Position numbers and translations under genes: made by a program. The notes beneath the pieces are model-generated. The model was not told the DNA's origin and did no database searches. It saw nothing but the letters and a program-made list of their open reading frames with translations. From Hormiphora californensis (lineage: Eukaryota; Animalia; Ctenophora), in the NCBI GenBank assembly GCA_020137815.1, contig CM035358.1:8060250-8124249 (forward strand): a stretch of DNA of 64,000 bases. The letters are read 5' to 3'. Of this stretch, positions 10,058 to 26,465 are shown one piece after another (position 1 is the first letter of the stretch; each line of letters opens with the position of its first letter).

Positions 10058-13000
10058 GGAGAGGCGATTCAAACAATTCTGTTTTTCGTGGTGAATCTAG
10101 ATCACACCGAAATAACCACAATTCTTCCCGTTTAGAATCTGATCGACCTCTCTCTAAAGAAATTTTGTTAAACGGTTACTGTCACGACCATCCGGTCAAT
10201 TTCCTGATAGATACTGGTGCCCATGTTAGTTTGGTTGCTACCAGAATCGTCCACATTCTGGGATTTTCTACTGATCTACGTCCTTGTCGTAAACTCATTA
10301 CTGGTCTAGGAAAACGGATCATTCCTATGCGAGGGGAGATTGATCTCCGTGTTCAAATTGGAACCTCCTACCGTACTGAAAAGTTTATAGTAAGTGACCA
10401 TATTGATACTGACTTTTTACTGGGAATGGATGTTATCCGATCATTTGAAATGATGATCGATATACCTCACAATTCTGTAAAGATTTCTGGACATAACTGT
10501 CACTATACTGATAAACCCACTCCTGTTAAACGTAGAGTGAAAGTTAAACTATGTAAAACTATCACTATTCCTGCTAATTCTGCTAAGTTCGTACGAGGGT
10601 CTTTTCCCTTATCTTCCAACGACACCGGTCATGTATACCATTCACATGACTACGAAGGAGTTATCGAACCATTCTGCAACTTATCACGCAAATGCAATTT
10701 ACTGGTGACAGGTACGTTATCTTATTTTCAGGGAAACAAGCTTCACGTGCATTGCATTAACCCGACAGATAATGATGTAATCCTGTACAAGAATCAGCTG
10801 ATAGGCTTCTTCAACCCTATCGACCATTCTATCTCTTCTGAAATCAGATCATTAAAACAGGTTACTGGAAAAGAGAATTGGTATAATTCTTCTACTGATA
10901 TTCCACGCCTTTCTACTGCTTGTACTATTGAAGAGACCATTCAAAACGGAAAGTGGAAAGATGTCTCTGACCTTCTGAAACAGCTCAAGTTAGATGAGCT
11001 AGACCATGTTCCTGAACTCTACAGACATCAGCTAAGGGATCTGATCTGTGAGTACTCTCATGTATTTGCTCGAAATCCTAATGACTTAGGTCTTGCATCA
11101 TTTTATGAATCACAACTTCACCTGAAGCGTGATTATGTTCCGAAATGGGTTCCCTCTCGTCCTGTTGGCCACCGGATTAAACCTTTTCTGGATGCTGAGA
11201 TAACAGCCCTCTCAAAATCGGGTCAAATTTCTGCCTGCAAATATTCCCTTTGGAATAGTGCAGTATTCATGGTTCCTAAGAATTCTTCTGCTACTACTTC
11301 CTGGAGATTTGTAGTTGACGCTAGAAGTCTGAATTCTCAATGTATTCAGGACAACTATGAATTACCTCGAATTGGTAACATTTTTGATAGACTTTCTGAA
11401 CACAAAATCCTGTCTTCACTCGACTTCGTGAGCTCATTCACCCAAATTGGGCTGGAAGAGAAGAGTCGACCACTTACTGCCTTCACTTACAATGGTAAGC
11501 GTTTTATGTTTAATCGTATGATTCAAGGTCAATCTTCTTCAAGTGCTGAGTTTTCCAGAGCTATGGCTCTACTGTTTAACAAGGTACCGTTTAAAGCTTT
11601 GATTTTGTACATCGATGATCTTCTTGTGTGTAGCAACACGTATCCTGATCACCTCAAGCGATTGAGATTTGTTTTTGATAGGCTGACTTTTGGAAACCTG
11701 AAGTTATCGCCCAAGAAAACTAAACTTTTTCAACAGGAGGTAAAGTTTCTTGGTTTACGGATTTCCAAAGACGGTATTTCTGTTGATTCTGATAAAGTTA
11801 AAGCTATCAGGAACCTTCCCACACCTACAAGTGTGAAACAGGTTCAAAAGTTTCTGGGTATGGTGAATTACCATCGTAACTTCATTCGAGGATTTGCGGA
11901 GATGGCTGCTCCTCTTTATGCTCTTACTGGTAAGAAATCACGATATGAATTTTCGTGGTCAAAATCCTGTCAAGAATCTTTTGATCTACTGAAAAAGGCA
12001 ATGTCCTCCGCTCCTGTTCTATCAGTTCCTGATGTTAATGATGAACTGAACTCTTATGTAGTGACTTTAGATGCGTCTAAACGTGGTCTAGGTGCTGTAC
12101 TAACCCAACTAGATCCTAGAACAAGACAACGCAAAGTCATTTCCTATTACTCCAAGAAGGTACCTCTGCATCTACAAAAGTGGGGTGCTACCAGACTGGA
12201 ATTTCTTGCGCTTCACTCTGCCATCATGCATTGGAAGCTCTACTTGCAGGGTAGTCACTTCACTGTATTGAGTGATTGCAAAGCATTGCTGAACATCCAG
12301 ACTATCTTTTCTAAAGATAACGCGTACATGCAGCGTCGTATTGGTGATCTTTCTGGATATAACTTCACGATCAAACATGTAAGTGGAAAATCTCAAGATA
12401 TTCAAATCGCTGATTATCTAAGTAGATACGCTCATGATATTTCTGAAAAGACTGTAGCAACACAGACTAACCTTTCTGACACGAATTCTGTTGCACCTTC
12501 CGATAAGAAAAGGGTTCGTAAGATCAAGACTCAAGCTAGAGATTTGATTAACCAATCCCTTTCTGATTCTTCAGGTCAAACTGATTCTGATAATGATGAT
12601 CATGCTAATATTCCAGAGTTTTCTAGAATTTTAGCTGCTGCTCAATCTACTGGTTCTTCAGATGACCTGATTACATCTGACGATATTATGCATGGGTATG
12701 AACATGATATGATCCTTTCTGAAGTAATTGAATGGGTAACCAACGGTTCTAAACCAGATCTTGACTTGGCAACATGTCACAAAGAGATCGGTTACTTTTA
12801 CCGTAAGTTCAATTTACTGAAGTTTAGCAAAGGATTATTGAAAATCAAAACTTATGATACTGACACTTCTGAACACAAGTGGACTACTGTGATACCGCAC
12901 ACACTAATCATTCGTGCAATTTCATCTTTTCACAATCATGTAGGCAGTTGTCATCCTGGGATCAAGAACACTCTTGATCAACTTTCACGTCGTTTTCACT

Positions 13001-14823
13001 TCTACAAGATGAGGCAAGAAGTAAAACTTTATGTTTCTGCATGTGTCACTTGTCAGCGCTCGAAGTCCACGAATAGACCACTCAAAGCACCACTCAAGCC
13101 GATCATATACAGTTCATTTAATTCCTGTATCCAGATTGACCATCTGGAACCTTCTAAATCACGTACCCCTAGCGGTCACGTGGCTCTTCTGACCATTGTT
13201 GACATGTATAGCTCATATCTTGTTTGTGTTCCTGTTCGCTCTACAAGTGCTGAACACACAATTAAAGCTATCATGAAACATTGGATTTGCCGATTCGGTG
13301 TTCCTGATAGGATTCAAAGCGATCAAGGTGCTGGGTTTGAATCTCATTTATTTAAGGAAGTCTGCAAAGTCTTCGGTATTGAAAAGATCCGGTCTACTCC
13401 CTGGAAATCTTCCACTCAAGGGAAAGTAGAATCCTGCCATAGGAGAATTAACACCTGTTTCAGAGCTGTTTTGGGAAACAAAGACTTTCACAAGTACGAT
13501 CAGTACATTGATTGGATCGTCTTTACTCTCAACTGTATGCGTTCTAACCGCACTGGATACTCTCCTAACTTCCTTCTGTTTGGTCAAGAGGCACGTACTC
13601 CTCGAGATCTATTCCTGTCTGACACGAGTGATCGTGTACCTTCTGATTATGCTACTGAAGCCTACCGAATGTATTCCCACGTCCGTGAGACTACTCGAAA
13701 GGTTCGTGCTAAGATCCACAAACATGTCGAATACATGTGCACGAACTACGATAAGAACGTGCGAGGACCATTCTTTGAGGAAGGTATGTCATGTATGTTA
13801 CTTGTGAATGTTCCTAATCACAAGTTTTCTGAAAAGTGGACTGGCCCACACTTAATTCTGAAGAAAATCAATGACTATAACTATGTTATTGATTTTAATG
13901 GTAAACGTAAAGTTGTGAGTATTACCAAGATGAAACATTTCAAGTCGAACAAATACTCAACTTCTGAACGTACTAATCCTATTCCGGAAATAGATCCTTC
14001 TGCTCTCCCTGCACGGTCAGACTTGGATGACGATTTCTTCAATACTTCATCTCTACCGTTCTACTCAACTCGATCTTCTACAAGACGATCACCTAATGTT
14101 TCTGCTCCCAATCATGTTCCTTCCCCCACTACTTCCTCCAAGAGGCGTTCTCAGCCTAACATCCCTGCTCCTACTTCTGCTCCTTCTTCTGTTCCGACTT
14201 CTGCCACTGAGTCCAATACGGATACAGAGCCGGAAAGAACGGAAACAGAACCAGAGAGAATAGAGACAGAGATCATTGATCAACCACCTGATCCTACTTC
14301 CGATCCTATTCCCGATCCTACTCCTGATCCCACTCCTGATCCCACTCCTGATCATACCACTGATCATACAGATGATCACACTACTGATCTTAATGACACT
14401 TTAACTTCAAATGATGAATTTTTAGATGCATTTGAAGATCCTGCTACCTCTCCTCCTGATAATGACCAAACTCTTTCTGAACCAACTACTGACCATCATG
14501 TTCATGACAATCCTGATCACACTCCAAAACGACAGCGACATCGAACGCAATCGGAGAGTGATGTAGTACCTGGAACGAGCAAGTCAAGTGGGAGGAATAC
14601 GCCTTACGATCTTAGGCCACTTCCAGATCGCTCAAGAGGTACCCAACTAAAGAAACCTACTTCTGTTACTACGAAGAGCACCTCTGATAGAGGGAAATCG
14701 AAGGTGAAAACGCCAAGAGCTCAGGAAAGTAGTAGTGATGCGGAAGGTAAGAAAGCAACGAGGAAATCAGAGAGGGTCCAGAATAAGATGAGTAAGATCT
14801 TAGGTCCTCCGAAGAAGAAATAA
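10054..14823 (+). CDS. pol: Gypsy pol (protease, RT, RNase H, integrase, long low-complexity tail)
   Basis: FLIDTGA; WRFVVDAR, YIDD; TLDAS, SDCKAL, IADYLSR; H..H..CVTC and D-D-E (QIDH, SDQG, KVE). Confidence 0.96.
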   Translation: MRRGDSNNSVFRGESRSHRNNHNSSRLESDRPLSKEILLNGYCHDHPVNFLIDTGAHVSLVATRIVHILGFSTDLRPCRKLITGLGKRIIPMRGEIDLRVQIGTSYRTEKFIVSDHIDTDFLLGMDVIRSFEMMIDIPHNSVKISGHNCHYTDKPTPVKRRVKVKLCKTITIPANSAKFVRGSFPLSSNDTGHVYHSHDYEGVIEPFCNLSRKCNLLVTGTLSYFQGNKLHVHCINPTDNDVILYKNQLIGFFNPIDHSISSEIRSLKQVTGKENWYNSSTDIPRLSTACTIEETIQNGKWKDVSDLLKQLKLDELDHVPELYRHQLRDLICEYSHVFARNPNDLGLASFYESQLHLKRDYVPKWVPSRPVGHRIKPFLDAEITALSKSGQISACKYSLWNSAVFMVPKNSSATTSWRFVVDARSLNSQCIQDNYELPRIGNIFDRLSEHKILSSLDFVSSFTQIGLEEKSRPLTAFTYNGKRFMFNRMIQGQSSSSAEFSRAMALLFNKVPFKALILYIDDLLVCSNTYPDHLKRLRFVFDRLTFGNLKLSPKKTKLFQQEVKFLGLRISKDGISVDSDKVKAIRNLPTPTSVKQVQKFLGMVNYHRNFIRGFAEMAAPLYALTGKKSRYEFSWSKSCQESFDLLKKAMSSAPVLSVPDVNDELNSYVVTLDASKRGLGAVLTQLDPRTRQRKVISYYSKKVPLHLQKWGATRLEFLALHSAIMHWKLYLQGSHFTVLSDCKALLNIQTIFSKDNAYMQRRIGDLSGYNFTIKHVSGKSQDIQIADYLSRYAHDISEKTVATQTNLSDTNSVAPSDKKRVRKIKTQARDLINQSLSDSSGQTDSDNDDHANIPEFSRILAAAQSTGSSDDLITSDDIMHGYEHDMILSEVIEWVTNGSKPDLDLATCHKEIGYFYRKFNLLKFSKGLLKIKTYDTDTSEHKWTTVIPHTLIIRAISSFHNHVGSCHPGIKNTLDQLSRRFHFYKMRQEVKLYVSACVTCQRSKSTNRPLKAPLKPIIYSSFNSCIQIDHLEPSKSRTPSGHVALLTIVDMYSSYLVCVPVRSTSAEHTIKAIMKHWICRFGVPDRIQSDQGAGFESHLFKEVCKVFGIEKIRSTPWKSSTQGKVESCHRRINTCFRAVLGNKDFHKYDQYIDWIVFTLNCMRSNRTGYSPNFLLFGQEARTPRDLFLSDTSDRVPSDYATEAYRMYSHVRETTRKVRAKIHKHVEYMCTNYDKNVRGPFFEEGMSCMLLVNVPNHKFSEKWTGPHLILKKINDYNYVIDFNGKRKVVSITKMKHFKSNKYSTSERTNPIPEIDPSALPARSDLDDDFFNTSSLPFYSTRSSTRRSPNVSAPNHVPSPTTSSKRRSQPNIPAPTSAPSSVPTSATESNTDTEPERTETEPERIETEIIDQPPDPTSDPIPDPTPDPTPDPTPDHTTDHTDDHTTDLNDTLTSNDEFLDAFEDPATSPPDNDQTLSEPTTDHHVHDNPDHTPKRQRHRTQSESDVVPGTSKSSGRNTPYDLRPLPDRSRGTQLKKPTSVTTKSTSDRGKSKVKTPRAQESSSDAEGKKATRKSERVQNKMSKILGPPKKK

Positions 14824-15653
14824 GGGTTTGGTGACCCTTCCTCGACACAGGTATCTATATCTGGTACCTATCCTACAAGTACATTTCGTACTGTTTGTCT
14901 TGATGACGTCACACAGGCACACTCACTTTCTCAGTCTGTGGAGATTGCAGTGAGTTACTACCTTTGGATCTAATCTGATGTCATCATGCATTCACCCTTG
15001 CTTTTTAAAAGCAAGTTTTCTGAGAGCGAGAGTTATGTGGAGAGATGTTGTTGTCCTATCTCACAAAGCACGCATTCACAGTGAGCTGATGCGTTACGGA
15101 TAGTCATGTGGTGTCCTTTAAGTCAAGAGTTGAGGCGGGATTCCAACTTTCACGGCGTTAATTTTGATGCACTAAGGTTGCATAGTTGTCTGGGAGACAC
15201 AATTAGTACGCTTGACACGCACATGTTATCACTGGATTCATGAAATGAAGTTACTGAATTTCTGTCATTTATTGAAATAATGATACAATTACACCTTACT
15301 TTTAATTACTGAGTTACTGAAACTAATGACTTTATTAATGAAACTTTTCTGAAATATTTAATTCTGAATAATTTCTGAATCTATTCTGACAAATCCTACT
15401 GAACTTTTTCCAAGCTAACCAGCGCAGATTTGTTATGAAGTCCATTTTGGCCGACCTACTAGTCCTTCTGGTTTCTCTACTAGTCCATTTTGCCCATCAT
15501 ACTAGTCCTTCTGGCTTTGCTAACTAGTCCTTCTGATGGAACTTCACGTCCCTGAGGAGGCTAACGATAGAAAAAGACTGAATTTAATGATGCTCTCTAA
15601 ATTTTGAACAATTTAAAAACTATTTAACTATTTATTTTTTTTGAGAGAGGATT

Positions 15654-15828
15654 TGTTATAGGTTCTATCACGCGTATATTCTCAGAGTATTATATATCGC
15701 AAGTTCTACTGATAACGATTCACTTCTGTACTTCTTATATTATACTTGTAACACTTCTTATTCTGTTACTGCACCACAAGTAACTAGTCGTCAAGTAGTA
15801 ACCAAAACCACACATACGTTTTATAATA
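15654..15828 (+). repeat. 3' LTR
   Basis: Identical to the 5' LTR; followed by ACCT. Confidence 0.95.
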
Positions 15829-16388
15829 ACCTGCACCATCCGTTCCTAGCCTATCTCTCACTTTCTCCCTACTCATGTTGGTGTACGCTCTGGACTTCCT
15901 GACAATGTCGAGGTGCGAATTTAAGAGATCAATGTCATGGAGGTGCAGTGCTGTTCCAGAAACTCATCACGTGAAAACTTGGCCGCTATGTAGCCGATTT
16001 GGAGATTTCTATATTCGACTGGAGTAATCACCCTTGGGCGACTTTGGGTAAAGCTATCCGTAGTCGTTGATTGGCTCGCTTGAACACGTTGGCGTAATCT
16101 GTCATATTATCTAGCCTGCTCCCTGACAGCAGCAGTTCTCCTGGACCTAGATAAACGTTGCCGAATAGCACTTTGGGTGGAAGAGCTAGACATCAGGACA
16201 GAAGTAAAAGAATGCACGTGCAGAATTGAATTTCCCCTTGGTACCCAACTGCAACTGGGAGAGAGGTCTCCACTATCCAGGTCCCTCTAATAATTGCACG
16301 TGCAAGTGTAGTTGCTAGGTGACCACCGTTACACAATTTGCTTAGTAAGTAGTATGATTATTATTATTATAAACGCGCAAAACAATTC

Positions 16389-16432
16389 CGCGCACGACTT
16401 TGGGGGGTGAACAGTTGAAAAAAAATGGACAT
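16389..16432. mobile_element. Right arm of the small TIR element split by the LINE
   Basis: cgcgcacgactttggggggtgaacagttgaaaaaaaatggacat, inverse of 2871-2913. Confidence 0.65.
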
Positions 16433-16853
16433 TAGGCCAACCCAGAAAACTGAAAAGGCAAAAGCGTGAAAAACAAGCTCCTTGCTTTCGTCTTTCAATT
16501 GTTTTGGCATGAGGAAACGTTTATTGAAATTAATTAAGCGATTGATTGATGTTTGATTTTAATAGAAATATTATTTTAACGGTTCACCAACTTTTACTTT
16601 GTTGTTTGCGGCTAGCCGAAGGTAGCAACTAGCAACGGCCGCCCCTAACACACTTAGTAGGCTTTCACACCCACTACCCCGGCAAAGTCGCTTTGCTCAG
16701 GCTGAAGCAGGATGACCGTGCTAAACCATCGGGCGACACCGAGTGGAGCAAGAGCTGATCACGTGATCTCGACAGGGGTTCCGGGTATCACACTACTACA
16801 TTTGGGGAATTCCAATTTGTTTATCTAATATTCTAATAAAACAACTTACTAGA

Positions 16854-22408
<5,555 letters not shown>

Positions 22409-23155
22409 AATTTACCATTTTGTTTGAAGTATCACAAAATTGGACAGTATGCACGTGTATAAACTGTGTAATAATGACCATCATATTTTATCTGAAAGCG
22501 ATATTATTTTATCTGTATTTTTACCTTTAACTCAAGAATGTATATGTAGAAACATACCACTGTTACCTATGATACCCCCCCCCCCCCCACACAACGGGAC
22601 CTGCCATCTGGCACGAACCACAAGATGAAGAAGGTGGTTCAAGGGTTCGGGGTGCGTCTCCTTGATCTTGAGTTATCATTTTATCTTGAAGTGTTAATAT
22701 ATGTGTGTTGAAGTGAAGATATCAGCTTATTATCCAGTTTATGTAACAATAATTTAAGTTTTCCCGCTCCAAAATTCCTTGTTTTAGTAGACTGAGTTTT
22801 GGGTATCATGGGTGAGAACTGAGAGCAGGCAAGATACGAATACATTGCTGCAACAGATACTGGTAACAGGAAACAGAGCTTCCTGGGCCCTGGCTATTAT
22901 CTTTCTAGTAAAGAGTTATTGAGGGAGACTCTCTCTTTCTCCCGGAGAGGGTATCTCGGATACAAGTGGTCTCGATAGAAGTCCCTTTACTTGGTGTGGG
23001 GCGCGGGGACTGACTGGTAATGCAGCGCGCGCGATAATCCCATTCAATGCGGTTTAGCCCCGACAGTCAACCGATGCTCCCATCCGTGCGCTGACAAGGG
23101 GCATGAGACCAGTGAGATCATTATATGCATACCTGACACCTTGTTGGAAGAACTA

Positions 23156-24030
23156 CCGTGTGCGGCAAAAAAAATCCCCCCTAGACCACCATAGTTGCCG
23201 ATGTGGTGGAGAGCTGTAACTTGGCAGGGTTGCTCCACTATGTCTATCTTGATCCTGACAGAAAAATCAGAGCTCTAGCTCAAAATTCATTTTCATGAAC
23301 GGAATGAACATTGTCATTCATTCCAGGAAAAAATATTTTCCGGTCCAAAATTTAACTAATTATGTTTGGCTATCGATTAGCTTTCCAATGTGACCAAGAT
23401 CAGCTAAATTGGACAACCACAAGAGACACAGTGTCATGTTTCTTAAAGTTAGTCAGGTCATGTGATCTTCACTGAATCGTTGATCGTGTTCAGTATTACG
23501 AATTGGTCTAAGTGGTAGAGAATCACGTATCACATCTGCTAATGAGGGATGACGATGCTGATTGGTCATCAGATCTGTAGCTCTTTGATAAATGTCCTCT
23601 TTCCTCGAATCACATCACCCTGTATTGGTACACATACCCAATTAGCGGCCATGATACGAGATTCCTTTGCCCATTGGCCCGATTAGCAATCCCGGAAACT
23701 CAACGATTCGGTGAAGATCACATGACCTGACTAACTTAAAGCAACATGACACTGTGTCTCTTGTGGTTGTCCAATTTAGCTGATCTTGGTCACATTGGAA
23801 AGCAAATCGATAGCCAAACATAATTAGTTAAATTTTGGACCGGAAAATATTTTTTCCTGGAATGAATGACAATGTTCATTCCGTTCATGAAAATGAATTT
23901 TGAGCTAGAGCTCTGATTTTTCTGTCAGGATCAAGATAGACATAGTGGAGCAACCCTGCCAAGTTACAGCTCTCCACCACATCGGCAACTATGGTGGTCT
24001 AGGGGGGGGGATTTTTTTTGCCGCACACGG
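23156..24030. mobile_element. MITE with ~325-bp TIRs and TA TSD (Tc1/mariner-pogo type)
   Basis: TA-CCGTGTGCGGCAAAA ... TTTTGCCGCACACGG-TA; arms 23156-~23480 and ~23704-24030. Confidence 0.92.
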
Positions 24031-24339
24031 TACCACCAGGTGCCTCTTAGAGTCATGATAGTTAGTTTGCCGAGTAGTGGCATTTCCACAATGGTCGAAT
24101 ACAAACACGAGGGGTTTGTTTTTACAAATTCAATCGAGAAAAGAAAACCTGACAACAATATTTTACAAATCTTCAAAATCAAATCAGAGTCACTATCATC
24201 AGTCATCTGGATCTCTGCCTCAAATTATTTCATATCTATTAAATACACATTGTCAGTGTCAACACACAACACACAAAACAGTCAAAATCACTAAAATCAC
24301 TATCATTCCAGTTCCACAGCGTTTAGTGCCATGCACCAT

Positions 24340-24408
24340 AGTGGTGGTTAGCAGTGGTTAGTAGCTAGTGGTTAATAGTGGTTAGCAGTGGTTAGTAGCT
24401 AGTGGTGA
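24340..24408. repeat. Short tandem repeat (gtggttagcagtggttagtagcta)
   Basis: Directly visible. Confidence 0.75.
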
Positions 24409-25840
24409 TCGTCAACTACACGGACTGCACAATTAGTGATAATTAATGATAATTAGTGATATTTATTTATGATTTATTTATTTCCAATGCCATCCTCTGA
24501 TTTCAGAAATTCCTGAAGAACTCTTACACTGCTTCACAACCTAAGGGGGGGGGGGGGAGAGTTGTTTGATATATTAAATAGATAGCAAAATTTAGACAGA
24601 TTCTGCTTTTTTGAGGCCGAGGTGAATTATAGTAAACACACTTTTTTATCACACACTCATCACCCAAGTGTTTGCTGTCTCTGCATCTCTGTGTCAGTCT
24701 CTGTCTCTCTTTGCCTCTGTCTCTCTCGAATGTTATTAACTTCTATAACATTAACCATATAATGCGAAGGCGGTTATACATGCGCCCGTTATTCGAATAT
24801 TCGGTCCGTATATTATATCAGCTTTTATCTTGGTAACGAAGTTACCCCTCCCTTGCCGGCGCGGCGTGCGAAGCACGCCAAACGAAGGCCGCGAAGCGGC
24901 CTGAGTAGGGGTAACAAACCCGCTTTGATTCACTTCAAAAATTAATAGCTCCTCAACCACTCACTGAAAATGCACCAAATTTTGGTATTCCCCACCAAAT
25001 TGTCTGAAAATTATAATTCTGTACTCATATTTCAAAAATTATCCCCGGAACCTTGGTTTTGAAATCAGTTTTAGGTGTTAATGATGAAAAAAATTTTTGA
25101 AAAAGTAGGTCAGGTATGCTCAACATCATAACAAAGATCGTGGCAAAGTTTGAAGTTTCTATCTTTAAAGGTCTGGCCATCAAAATTAAAAAGGTCTTGA
25201 AGTTGAACCATTTGTTCAAAACATGTTGTAACTCAGCTTCTACTTTGCCAAATTAAACCTGGTTTGAAACACTGAACTGCTAATCTATCCCTCCGAATAC
25301 GGACGAAGTTTGAAACCGCCAGCTCTATTGGCCGCTCTGCAATACTTGTTTGTGTCAAAGAAATCAGGAAAGTAACGAGATTTGGTCTCGGTGTGGCCCT
25401 GTGCGCGGCTCAAACCCCTTAGGCTAGAACTATGTAGTGTAGACTACAACTTTTCAGTGCTCAGTATGACGCTTTGGGCGCGTTATAAAAATATGGTAAG
25501 CGGGTCAGATACCTCTAAACAGAGTGTGAGGTGTCTTCGATACCAACTTTTATCTGACACTATGTCTGTTTGTACAATGTACACTCATAAGAGCGGTTTA
25601 CTCGAGGGGCTGGACGGAATAGAAAGCTTTGTAGCTCGAGCCGGTTTGGGCTTGGTGACGCAGTCACCCTTACAACTCGCGCGCTTAGCGTGCGAAAACG
25701 AAGCCCGCGAAGTAAAGCGGGCAGAGAGGTGATGGCGTCACCAAGGTTTGGGCCTGTAATGTCAACAATGGGGCATGGGCCTAATTGTTTATCACACTGC
25801 CTTTTTAACATGTTTGAACTAATAACTCCATGTTCAATAC

Positions 25841-25949
25841 CAGAAACCGACCGAAACAAGTAAACAACCAATCATAACTCGTTATTTAGGTCACGTGACT
25901 GGTTATCAGCCAATCAGGGACCAGTATTTCCTGATTCGGTCGGTTCCTG
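25841..25949. mobile_element. 109-bp hAT-type MITE
   Basis: TIRs CAGAAACCGACCGAA / TTCGGTCGGTTCCTG; 8-bp TSD TTCAATAC at 25833-25840 and 25950-25957. Confidence 0.88.
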
Positions 25950-25968
25950 TTCAATACCTAGCACCATT

Positions 25969-26366
25969 ATGCTATCTATTACCCTACTATTGCTGCTTCT
26001 CCAGCCCCCCTGCACGTGTTCCGATCCCACATGGTGCGTGAAGGGTACCGGAGGGAACTATCGGGGAACTTCCAACACCACAAGAACTGGGAGAACCTGC
26101 CAGGCATGGGCAGCAGATTCGCCCCACATCACCTATCCCTCTTACGATAAGTGAGTAAACACTTATTTTTATCTATAGGGTATCTACACGTATCATTTAT
26201 ATTTTGCAGAAATTCAAAATCTCATTCCTTTTTATCAGGTATCAAAATGACAGTTTGATTGAGAATTACTGCCGTAACCCGGATATGGATAGAGACACAC
26301 ATGTATGGTGCTATACTATGGACAGTGATACGCGATGGGAATACTGTTCAGTTACCAAGTGTCCTG
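25969..26366 (+). CDS. Signal peptide + kringle domain (exons 25969-26150, 26239-26366; continues by splicing)
   Basis: MLSITLLLLLL; C..GTGGNYRGT.NTTRTGRTCQAW..PH / ENYCRNPD...WCYTMDSDTRWEYCSVTKC; in-phase GT-AG intron; phase-1 donor cctg/gtaag at 26366. Confidence 0.88.
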
Positions 26367-26383
26367 GTAAGCTTGATTATTTG

Positions 26384-26465
26384 CAGGAACCGACCGAATC
26401 AGGAAATACTGTTCCCTGATTGGCTGATAACCAGTCACGTGACCTAAATAACGAGTTCTGATTGG
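26384..26465. mobile_element. Truncated inverted copy of the 25841-25949 MITE
   Basis: caggaaccgaccgaatcaggaaatactg...gtcacgtgacctaaataacgagtt. Confidence 0.85.

Larger units (their letters stand above)
8789..15828 (+). mobile_element. Full-length Ty3/Gypsy LTR retrotransposon
   Basis: Identical 175-bp LTRs, ACCT TSD (8785-8788, 15829-15832), PBS-like TGGAGCC at 8966, purine tract gagagagg before the 3' LTR, PR-RT-RH-IN domain order. Confidence 0.97.
8716..16357 (-). mobile_element. Non-autonomous Helitron (~600 bp: 8716-8788 + 15833-16357) interrupted by the Gypsy element
   Basis: Minus strand starts A|TCATACTAC at 16357 and ends with hairpin gcccgtagggcgaacgggc + ctaCTAG|T at 8716; inserted at an AT dinucleotide without TSD inside the LINE (TTA)n tail. 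Confidence 0.8.

Noticed and set aside
16605-16800. Hairpin-rich segment upstream of piwi as an HDV-like ribozyme or snRNA
   Set aside because: Could not build the P1-P4 pseudoknot or find Sm or box motifs; may simply be promoter or UTR sequence.
22975-23105. RNase MRP/P-like CR-I and CR-V motifs (AGAAGTCCCT, ACAAGGGGC)
   Set aside because: The helix appears nested rather than pseudoknotted and the P1-P3 layout does not fit.
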